A DNA stretch of 64,000 nt, from positions 7,737-71,736 of the forward strand of contig JAQUPI010000003.1 in assembly GCA_028716705.1 (NCBI GenBank), read 5' to 3'. The notes below the pieces were generated by a model. The model was not told where the DNA came from and did no database searches. It was given only the letters and a program-made list of their open reading frames with translations. Source of the stretch: Candidatus Omnitrophota bacterium (lineage in GTDB: Bacteria > Omnitrophota > Gorgyraeia > Gygaellales > Profunditerraquicolaceae). Within the stretch, counting starts at the first letter, position 1. Every line of letters begins with the position of its first letter. Shown here piece after piece: positions 15,001 to 27,000 of the stretch. A program made the translations under genes and the position numbers.

Positions 15001-18000
15001 TGGATTAGCAGAAGCGATCTCGCAGGATCTCAAATTAAACCCGGGAAAAGAAAGACAGGATCTGCGGGGTTGCGTATGGAAAGAAGACAGGCCCAGGCCG
15101 CAGCAAAGCGCAACCAACGTGAAAACCTTACCCGGTCCTCCCGCTGAAAATGTGGGAGAAAAAGCCGGCGAAAATAAAGAGCCGCAAACAGAACTGCGGC
15201 ATATAAGATCGGTTTTAGGATCCGGCCTGTTCAGGCAGCGTTCTCCGGAAGAGCTAGCGTATATTGAGAGGGACAATTACGAGCGCTTTATGAGAGAAGT
15301 AAGGATGAACTGGGTATATCATAACGCCAAAAACTATATCCTGGAATACGCCAGGGAAATGAACGAATATGAAAAGACCGCCTCAAAGATAAGCGCCTAT
15401 GAGAAAAAGACCCCAAAGAGGAAGAGAAAGATAAGAGGGCAGATATGGTTTCTTCTGAAATGGGCGGCCGAGGGAAGGCATTTTACGAAAATCCAATCCG
15501 AGCGCCTGGCCAGGCTTGTCCCGGCTCCGGAGCCTGTTCCGCAAGACTCAAAGCCCGCATTCGAGCCCAGGCAGTTAAGCTTCGATCTCGGACAGATCAA
15601 ATTCGGCGTTGCCGAAGGCAATATCAACGGCAAGAAAGTTAATTTCCTTGCGGATGGAACCGGCATGACGGATAACCTCTGGATCCCTCCGGTACATTCC
15701 GGTTTTTCAGTTTTCCAAGGAGATTTGGAAAGGTTTATCCGCATGACCCCGGAGAAGTTCACGGCATTGATCCTGGGCTTGCTGGCAGGCAAAGCGCTGA
15801 CCTTGAAGCAGAAAGAAGAGATAGGCGCTTTTTGCTCTGCCATAAAAGAGATTTACGGGTTGAGAGAAAATTATCTTTTTGAGGGCCACTACCCTTATAT
15901 TTGCGACAGTTACGCAAGAAGTACGGCCGAAATACTTCAAAAACACGGCTTGAAAGCCAGAGAACAAGACAGGAGTTGGCCTGAATTGAAACGGGTGCTG
16001 ACCGATCCGGCCGACGATCCCGAGCACCATTTTGTCAGGTGCCGCATAGCCGGGTACAATTTCATCGTCGACATCACCGCTGACCAGTTCGAGAGGGAAG
16101 ATGAAAAGGGCAAATACCAGCAATTAGGCATTGTGGTCCTGCCCGTGCAAGAGGCGCGCAAAGACCCCGCCAGGTTCTGGATGTATAACAGGAAGCTGTC
16201 CGATTCATTCTCCGTTGTTCCGCCGGGGGAACGGCCGGACGCGCTTGGGCAGTTCGCGGAATTCCTAAGGATATTTGAAGAAGAAAAAAGGGAGGCGTTA
16301 GCGGATATCCTCTGGCCTGCCGTTAAAGCCAAAGATAAAAAGAAAGAGGTTTTCAACAGGGAAGATCAAGGGCGGATCTCGAGGTTAAAATACGCCCTGG
16401 CCGAACTGAAGGCAGAGAAGATAAAAGTCTTATCCGTAAAGGAAAAATACCCGTTCGATATAACCGACTCCAAGCTTACATTCGTGGCCGATATGGTTTT
16501 GGATGGCAATAAAGGCAGGTATTTCATAAAGACCCGAAGGACGTGGACGAATGAGCCCGAAGACGATGCCTGCAAAGTGCTGGAAGAATTGTGCCTGCCT
16601 AACTCCGCTACCGTTGTGGTAAGGGATTATTTTGTTTCCAAATACGTGGGCGACGCGGACCTGACATGGGTATCAGCCGAACAGATGAAGAACAGGGAAT
16701 TCAGGAGGGGGCTGTGTTTCGAATTGGGCCGGGCATCGGCAGCGGCTTATATCATAGGGTTAGCAGACAGGTCGCCGACCAACATACGCATATGCATGGC
16801 CAGGGATAAAAAATGCGTTTTGGCGATCAATACCGACTTGACTACCGCCTTCCAGCTGCTTGAGCTGCCTTCTGAAGTGGGCGAGCAGTGCATTATCTTG
16901 AGCTTTCTTTTCAACCTATCAAAAGAAGCAGGATTGGAAAAAGAAGAGTTCAGGTGGATAATCCGTTACTTTATAGAAGGATTCTGCCAGCAATATTCGA
17001 CCACAGGCAAATATTACCTTAAAAACTCCGGCAAGATAGATAATTGGTTATCAAATCTGAAGTATTACCCTCTTGTCAAAAAAAGATTATTGTTGCAGGA
17101 GGAAAAGATCTCAGGGCTTTCACAAGAGATTGAAAATAAGTTCAAGCAGGATTATTGCCGCGATCCGGAACTGATTGGGGACGCGGAAGATATGAAATTG
17201 GAAGTATTGATCCGCATGACCGTGGAAAAAGCGGAAAACCTAGGGATGCCGCTTACGAGATTCGATGAGCTGCTGATAAGGGGCACCGGGCAGCTGGTAA
17301 AAGAAGCGCATAAGGACCAGAAGCGCAAGTCCGGGGAGCCTTATTTTAATCACCAGTTGGAGGTTGCGACAGAGGCAAATAATTTTGACCTGTCGGAGTT
17401 CATAATCAACGGCCTGTATACGCTGATGACCAATATAGCGCTCTTCCATGATACCCGTGAGGACCAGGGTAAATCTTACCGCGAGATCAAGCACGGGATA
17501 GAGAGACGGCTTGAAGAGACAAAGCTGCACAGGACGGGCGAAAAAGAAGCCTTAAGGGCGTATAACCTGCTGCGTTTAGGCGTAGCCATGCTTTCGAAAT
17601 TGGAAGGCGGGGAGTGGAGATGGATTCCGTCGACCCTGGGAACGCGGCCGGATGTTTCCTGCGAACCGGAAGACGGGATAACCCCGGAAGAATTGACGCC
17701 TCCGGCAAGAAAGATCGAAGGCAAAGGCGGCTTGTGGGTTTGGCAAGATATGAGCCCCGGAGAGATCAAGGCGGAGTATTACCGCCGGCTCGTAAACCCG
17801 CGCAGCTTATTTAATAAACATATATTATTCCCCGAGTCGAACCGTTATGCCGACTACAGCGATCTGTTCATCAGAATGATACAGGTGATCAAATTGGCCG
17901 ACCGGATCGCGAATTTCCGCGACCTGGCCAGTTTATTCAAAGCAGGCATGGATATTACAGAGTCAAAGGCCTTTGTAGAGAAGGTTTTCAATGAAACCGC

Positions 18001-21000
18001 GGAATATTTCCTCCCTGCGTTCGTGGAAAGCTCGCAACACCTTACTTTTACCGAAAAAATCAATTTCTATACTATCCTTACAGAGATAATAGACGGATAT
18101 ATCAAGAACGAAGACCCGGCCGCAAAGTGCCTGAAGGATGCGGCCGCGGATTTCAGGCTGAAGATCGAAGTGGTAATACCCGGCCAGGCCGAGGGCACAT
18201 TGTATTATCCTGCGGCGAGAAGAGATTTTAAGACGGTGGCATACTGGCTGGATGTTTTCACGGGGATAAGCACGGTGATCCTGGCTGACCCGCTGGTTTT
18301 CCCGAGGCGTTTAAGGGCGGTCGAGGAACAGGATAAGCGAGCAGAGATAAGCCTGTTCAAAGAAAAACTCCCCGAGGCATTGTTAAGCTCCGGATTCAGG
18401 CTGATTAAATTGCGGGAATTCAAAGATAAGGTCATATTCTACGCCTACTATAAGGCAAGGAAGATAAGATTCAATTATTATTTTCTCGATTATGCCGATA
18501 TGTATTTCAGGTATAAGAAAGGCCTTCCGTCAGTGGTCATCGCCTCCTACGCCGGCTGGATGGGGAATCTGCTCAGGGATTCGAATTTTTATACCAAGAT
18601 ATTAAGCCAGATGCGAAAGCCCGGATATCTCATAGCATACGCCGATTCTTACGAGGAAAGGCCGGAGGCGGTACTGGGAGACATCAAAAGATACGGAATG
18701 ACGCCGGTTAAAGGCAATCTTCCGGCAGGTTGTTATATTTACGTTAAGAAAGATGATTTTGCCTGGGAACAGATATCGGCATTGGAGGAGAGGCCGGGTA
18801 ATGTCAAAGTCGCGCTCAGGACATTAAAAAGCCATTTTTCCGACCGCGGCTGGTTTACCTTGAAAGATTTCCTCGGCAATTTAGATTCGCAGTTCGCAAA
18901 TTACCCGAGAATGAAGAACGGCCATGTCCTGAACAGCCGCAGGGCGATAACCAATCTCTTGAGGTTGAAAGACCGCGGAGTAGAAGTCAGAAATAACGGC
19001 AAGGCTTATGAGTTTCGTTACCGGCAAGAGTCGGGGGAAAAATCCAGGAACTGGCCGAAAAAAGTTCCTTTAAAGGCGAAAGAAAAATACGCGAAAGAGC
19101 CTTCATATGAATACAGGGTCATCGCCGGTTTTGATCTCGATAAGCGCAAGAAAGCCCCGGGTATTTCTTACGAAACGGCCAGGGCAAGAGAAGCGATCAT
19201 GATCAGGCTGCTTAAATTAATAAACAAGACCTCCTTGCCTTTGGCGCCGCCTTTTAATTTAAAGATTTCCCCGCAGATCGACACCTATGCAGGGACAGAG
19301 ATAGAAGGGCAGAATGTCATCCTGCATCCCGCCTTTTTTGAATTATCTGCCGCAATGCAGTTTATTATCCTCTATCATGAAGTAGCCAGCCACCTGAAAA
19401 AAAGGATATCCTCCGAACCCCGCGCGCTTTTTGATACGTTAACCGGCGTCTTGCGCGCCTTGCCTTTCATGTTTAATGCCGAAAAAGAAAGAAGGTTCAT
19501 TAAGGAGGTATTCCGCAGGAACGCCCGTTTCCTGGGAACGGGTAAAAAGAAACATCTGCCTCCCGTAAGCTATGATACGGAATGGCTGATCAGAAGGTTC
19601 GTATGCGGTGACGAAGATATAAAAGCGTTGATCCTCGGACTCTGCAAGCGATATTCCGGATCGCTGCAGAAAGGCCTGAAGCACTATTTTTGCGTCAAAC
19701 CGAGCGCGGAATTACTGGTCACGGTTTTAGTTTATGGCGATAAGTCAAACAGAGCGATCGCCTTGAAATGTATTACGGAGTTTGTTTACTCCTATGGCTT
19801 AGACGAAAAGAAAGTTATCGACGGCTGGTTGCAGGGCGATGACGGGTGGCTTAACAATATGGTCAGCAATATGACTATCCTGGAAAGCCTGGAAAGGGAA
19901 AGGCCGGGATCCGCCAGAGTTTTATTCAGGGAATTCGGGATCGCGGATTTCGGCAGATACAGCCTGGGTATGCTGATCACTCAATACGACGAAAGGGATA
20001 ATGCCGCTTCGCCTTACGGCCTGGTTATCTACCCGAGGCAGGATAATGACATAGAGAACGGCGGCGCCTTCTATAAAGATTCGCAAGTCCTGGATAATCT
20101 GCAAAAACAAGCCGGTGACTGCGGATTACTGTTAAGGGTAGTGGAATGTTCAAGTAAATATGATGTGGCCCGCAGGGTCATCAGGGCATACGAGCGTTAT
20201 GGAAAGATATCTTTCGCGGTCCTTGGAGGGCATGGGACCGAAAATTCAGTACAGTTCGGAAAAGCAAAGGACGCAGGAAGGCTTGTCAAAGGGGACCTGA
20301 GCGGTGCCGCGGAGAAAGCCGCCAAATTCTTTATCCCCGGGCCGTCAGTAATATTATCCTCTTGCTTTACCGGCCGCCCCGGAGGATTCGCCCAGCAATT
20401 ATCGCATGCGCTCTCTGCCACGGTCATTGGCCCGGAAGAATCCACCTTTATAGATAATATCAGTGTTTATGTAGAGGAAGACAGGGCAGCTTTCCAGGTA
20501 GAGTACCGTAAAGGATCCGCGAAGACATACTTAGCAGGAAAGCCGCTTGAAAACCGCTTCGAGGAGAATTCTTCCGCGCCATTGGGAGAATTGGCGGAGG
20601 CCAGAGAAGCGCCTGATAAAGATAACGGCAAGAACAGGGGCGGATCAGGGTCCAGATTCGATTTTGCTCCGGAAATAGACCAGGAGAAAAGAGACCAGCT
20701 AAAGAGTGCCGTTTTGAAAGAGGATTTCCTGAAGAGCAGCGTTAAGAATATCCTGGGGATAGACGGACTGGAGCTGGATGATGTAGAGCGGATTTCGCTC
20801 AGCTTGATAGAGAAGGCCAGGTTTACCGAGGTTTACAGGATGACGCTCAAGACAAAATCCGACGGCTTAAATACCCGGCGCAACGGCGAAAGCGCGTATA
20901 TAGTTTTGAAACAATTCACTGTCGGGGCGACTATGGACGAAAAAACGAACCGCATCAGCCGCCTGAGAAAATTATCATTCGAAAAGAAATCAGGGCTTGT

Positions 21001-24000
21001 TCCAAGGTTCGGAGATTATCTGCCGGAAGAAGAGATATACTCGGTTGAATTCATACCGGGAGCGGATCTGGCAGGAATGTTGCGGCAAAAAGACATCCTG
21101 GAGCAGAAGAAGCGGCATTTAAAGGAGCAGGCGATAGTCCTTGCTCTGCAATTAGCCAAATCTCTGGGAGAGGAAGACCATGCGCTGGAGTTCCTGATAG
21201 AGATGAGGAATCCGGCTAACGTCATGTTCCGCGATGCCGGAGGAAAATGCGAGCAGCCGGTTTGCGTCGATGTCGGATATTTTACGACCAGGGAGCCGCG
21301 CGAAATAATGCTTACCCTGGGAAATTACATAGACGGCATCTATTTTGGGAATAAGGAACCGCAAGAGTTTTTATTTAACGCGGTTTTAAAAGCCCTGGGT
21401 GACGAAGAAGGCTGCGCTTTCCTTAAACAGGCGTTTGACAGCAAGCTTAATTATCACATAAAGGAAGAATTAGACGCGTATTTGAATAAGAAGACCGGAG
21501 TGAGTCTTCAGAAAGAAAAGGTCACCGCTATCTTTAAGGCCATGGCGAGGGGTAGGGCCGCTCCTGCCAACGCTGCCTTCAAGCAGCTCTGCAGGGACTT
21601 CGGTTTTGACCACCGCGACGCGAATGCCGGGCTAAAAGCGTTGATCATCGGGGTAAAGAGAGGTTTTATCGCGGAAAAACTGGATATAAGGCATCTTTCG
21701 GGAAAGATAAGCAAGATAACGGCGATAACCGGGATGCCAATAGAGATGGACATAAATAATTTAGAGAATGACATAATTGACTTGATAGATGCCGGTTATA
21801 CGGAAGAAAAAATAACCATGGAACTACTTATAGATAACGCTTCCTTGGAAGATTACATAAAGCGGATCAACGATAAATTAGACATATCGGCCAGACAGGT
21901 TCCTGAGGCCGAGGTCATAAATTGGGGTAATGAAAAAGAAGATGACGAAGTTCCTCTCTCCCAGGATGAAAAAAAGATATTAAGGGCAAGAGGCAATTCT
22001 TTGAAAGAGATGATGCCTGAGTTAAATATGGGCGGAGCCCAGATCAGCAATCTCATTTCCAGTATTTGCATTAAATTACAGGCGAACAGTTTCTCGGAGG
22101 CAAGAGAGAAATTCTTCTCCTCAGTAAAAGCGTATGTTATAAGCAAGGGGTGCCACTCGCTCATAGCCGAAGAGGTAGTAAGAGACGCGGATCCCCTGAA
22201 AACATCCCAAGTCCTTATGAACGAAAAACAAAAACTGACCGAGCAGGGTTATACGCTTATTTTAGCTTTATTCCTGGCGATAAGAGAAAGAAATTCAAAT
22301 AAGGTTGTGACGCAGGGATTAAAAGAAGCCATAAAAGAATCCTTTGCTACCGGGAATCCCAAGTGCGGCGATTTCCTTAATGAACTCTGCGATATTGCCG
22401 GCAAAGAGCGCATCGTCAGCGAAATAAAAAATATATTATTAACGGACATGGAAATACTGGAAAGGCTCTGCTCGGAAGAAACCCTGTCCAGATTAAATGC
22501 GTTAATTAAAGGTATCGCTCCGCAGATTGTCCTCAGGACAGCAAACCAGGTACGCATTTTAAAAGAAGTCGTGGCTTCTTCCAAAGCTAAGCAGGTATTG
22601 ACTCAGAAAGATATAGCCGGGAAGATCGGTGTTTCCACGGCTACCGTCAGCCGGGACATAAAGATCCTTCAGGAATCCGGATTTATCGATGTCCGCAAGA
22701 TCATCATTGAGAAGAGGGTTTATCTCTTCGGCCAGGCCCCCGAGTTCATCCTTAATGATGCGGAAGGGGCGATCATGAAAGAGTTGGAAAGGGCGAATTT
22801 ACCTTTATCGGCCCGTGAGCTGGCGAAAAACACCGGCTTACCCAAGAACAACATCCGCAGGAATACCAAAAGCCTCAAGAAAAAGGCACCGGTCAAAGAG
22901 GTTCTGATCAATAAGAGCGTCAAATTTTACCTGGGAGATAAACTTCCTAAATTTATCCTTACGCCTATCGAAAAGCGGATCCTGGAAATACTCTGGAGAA
23001 AAGGCCCTTCGACGCAAAAAGAAATAGCCGGGGATGGGATATCAAGCGGCATGGTCAGCGTTTATGCTAAAGAATTAAAGAGTTGGGATTTGATCAAGGC
23101 GCAGGGTGAAGGCAGAAGCAACGTTAAGCTTAGCTTGACTCCGGAAGGAGCGAAATTTATAGCGCCTGAAATAAAGTTCGGAGTGGCGCAAGGTAATATA
23201 GGGGATAAGAAAGTTTATTATTTTGCGGACGGAATTCAGAATGAAGATATGCAAAACGTATGTTTCTTCCAGGGCAACATGATAAAGATATCCGCTGCCG
23301 CTGACAAAGGTAACAAGCTGCCCTTATCAAAAGAATCATTGTCTTTAAGAATCGCGTCTGTAATGGATAAGTTATATGGCTTTACGAGCCTGAAAGAATT
23401 ATCGGGTATCTTAGGCATACCCGATTCTACGCTATCTCCTTACATGAAGCGCTGTTTCAACAGGATAAACAGCAGGCGCAGGAAAAAAGAAGAGCCCGTG
23501 TACCGGGTCTACAACGATAATACGGTGCAGGCGATGAGAAGCGTGATCGCGGTGCTCAAGAAATGGGGAAGGATAACCGTGGAAGAACTGGCTCTGCAAT
23601 TAAGCCAAGGAAATAGATGCGTAGAGAAGAAACAAGTCATTTCCATCGCCGCGAGGATCGATTTTGCCCTGGTGAACTGGTGCATGGTCAAAAACAATGA
23701 AGAGACGATAGGGATCCAGGGGCTTGAGCCGGTATACAACCGCAATAATACGCAAGAAATACTGGCAGGGTTAGGCAAAAAATTCAGAAAAATATCCATG
23801 AAACAGATAGCGGACGCTTTAAGAGGCATGCCTGAATCTAATGTCAGGCGTTTGATAGAGGCGATGCAAAAGGAAGGCACTCTTCCTTTTGAGGAGATCA
23901 TCCCTTACGAATCGGTGCGCAAAGACATAGTATTTAAGGCGATGGAGGAATTGTCCGCGGAGCGGGCCTCCGGATCATCCGCCAAGCAAATAACTGAAAG

Positions 24001-27000
24001 GGCGATAGCCATAGGTTCGGCATTAGGGGTGCCCATATCAAAAGATATCTCGCTAAGGAAGATACGCGCGATAAAAGAGGAAGGTGTGTTGCCGGCCAAG
24101 ATCATCTCCCATCCCAGGACGCAACAACCGCTCCGCAAGGCCAAGACGCCGAAGGTAAAGGCGCGTAAAAGCACTAAGAAAGCGATAGACCTCCGCTCAG
24201 CCGGCGTTTCAGCCCGGGAAGTACCGCTGGTTAAGCCGGCTGATCAGCCCGTACAGGAGCGTGACGCCGCTTGGTATGCGAGCAAGGATTTTGAGGTCGG
24301 GAAAGAAAGAAGGAACGGCTCAGCGCAAAACGGAAATAGAAATACTCTGCCGGAAAAGAATGTGACGATATTTATAAAACAAGTAAATAAAAAGGTGGAA
24401 TTTTCCATAAAAGAAGCGCTTATCTTGATCGCCAAAGGGTATTCGGCTAAAGAGATCCGCGAAGAGATCGGCAACGGCTTGCTTGAAAATCATATCACGT
24501 CATTCAAAATAAGCATCTTTGTGAAATTAAAAGATACGGGCCTGAGGATTATCGCGGAAGATACTTTGGAGTCATTAAATATGGCCAGGACTATATGTTC
24601 GGGACCAGTAAGAGAAGAACTCATAAAACGCGGATATCCATTGCCCGAAAAGCTCGCGGATAAACCGGCCGTATCAATAACCAGCCAGCCCAGGCAGGCA
24701 GGATTTTACGTTAACGGAGTGTTAAGGGCCCAATTCACCGATGCGGTTGATCCGGAAGATTGCTCTGCCAGGCGCATGCTAAGCGGGAATGGAACCTATA
24801 TCTTTGATGCGGGCTGCTTCTGGAGCGCGAGGATAGAGTATCTAAGGAAGATAGGGGCGATGCTTCCGCAGAATAATCAAAGGAAGCGGTGCTTGTACAT
24901 AGCTTCTGCCGCGGACTATTCTACGGCGCAGATAGTATCTGACGGCGCGAAAGAGACTATTTTTGTGGAAAAACTTCCCTTTGAAGGCGTGGCCGGGTTT
25001 CCCGAAGAGGAATTAGAATATTTCAAAAATTCGTACCATATGCAAGGTTTTGACAGCAACTTCCATCACGTATGCAGCCTCGGAAAAGGGATAGGTATAA
25101 AACAGTACCTGCTCTGGGAGCTTGAAGCGATGGGGGTTAAGACGCAAGCCGTAAGCGTTGAATTTGACACAGCCTTAAACGCGCACAGGATGAAATTTAC
25201 TGTCCCGGGCGCATCGCAAGAAAGAAGCATCCTCTATTTTAATACAGAGGCGGAGGCCATAAGCAGGTACCCGCCGTTAGTTGACCTTATCCGCGAAGGG
25301 TTGGATTCTTTTATTATAAAAGCCGCGGTAGATGTTTGTCTCAGCGATGAAACCATAGGTCTGATAGTTACCTCTATGAACCCTGACGGGATGATGTTCT
25401 TAGACGCGAATTTTGCCTTTTTCAGCGGATCCCTGGAGTGGTTAAACGAGGAACAAATGCGGCAGATCAGGGCCTTAGAGAGGGGCCATGGTTTTGCTTT
25501 CGGGTACAAAGAGATAATCCTGGCCAGGCCCAGGAAGCTTTGGGGAATAGGGCCCAGGAAGGCGGGATTTTATATTAATGGGAAACCTGCCGCGCAATTC
25601 ACAGATGCGGTTTCAGAGGATGACGCAGGTTCGGGGCAGCATGGAGCGCAAGGTTCTGTAGGCCCGTCTGCGCACAAAGGGTTAAGGGCGATATGCTTAT
25701 CATTGATCCTTATCTTGTTATCAGCCCGCGCGGGCGCAGTTAATGCGATGATCGACCTGGCGATCCCCATGAAATCCGCCATAGCGAATACTGTTTCCAT
25801 CGAAAGCCTGTCAGTAGATAACGCGACGGTCGGCGAACGCTTCGCCCATAAAGTCGTTCCATGGGATAGGTTTAATGTGTTGGACAGGCCTGTCTCGCTT
25901 GAAGAAAAGGCCCTTTTGAGAAAGTTTTCGCAACCATCTGCCGCCTACGATAATAGCTTCACGCAGCTAGTAGATAAAATATTTGAGAAAGAAGGGTATA
26001 CAGACAACCGTTTAAAGGAGATCGGCAAGGACGACCCGAAAAAACTGGTTCAGCTTATTGCGGAAATTGTCTACAGGAATGTCCAGTACGATCATACAGC
26101 GTTAAAGGCATCGCAAAAATACAATAAGATTTTTACCGCCAATCTTGGCAATAATAATTTAACAGCTCTGCTTGAACAGGGGTTGACCGCGGAAGAAAAA
26201 ACCTTATTAAACAGAAATCTGACAGAAGTCATTAAAGAAGGCGGTTTATGCGATGATATATCCGGAGTATTTTCAGCCGTCGTCGATTATATGCAAAAGA
26301 AGAACGTATTGACTCAAAATTTATATGCCAATAATTTTACCGGCATAAAAATTGATTCCACGAACCCGATGGCTTATCCTTATACAAAAATAGGCTGGCA
26401 TGAATGGAATAGGATATTTACGCTGGACGAATCCGGAAACCTTATATCGACGCATATCGATATAACAATATATAGCCCTTCTTTGACATGGCTAGATTCG
26501 GTTTTAACATTCAAAAAATCCGGATTAAACGCCGTTGATATAAACCACCGCATTAATATGGGTGTATTGTCCGATAAAGGTTTCAAAACAGAGAGGAATC
26601 TGCATTTAGATAATATCCGCCGATATTTTGCGTTCATAAACTCTACCGTTTCCTACGATCCTAAGATACTTTTGCCGATGCATGTACGAAGAAAAGGCAA
26701 GGTTTCTTCAGTTCCCGGCAAAGGCGAACCGGAAGAAGAACCTTTATTCGATAAATTTAAATGTTACAAAATAGAAGATGACGGCAGCCTTACTGTAAGT
26801 TCTGACTACGGATCTTATCAGGACAACATAAAAACAGGGTTGTCCAAATATTCAGAGAAAGTATTTTGCGTTATGGGGATTAACCGGGTTGTCCTCGCGG
26901 AAGTTTGGCCCGGCCTGAATATCAGCTCGCGCCGCTACTGCGATTGCGCAGGCATAGTGATCAAAGACGGGACATGGATGATCGTATTCCACGTATTATC

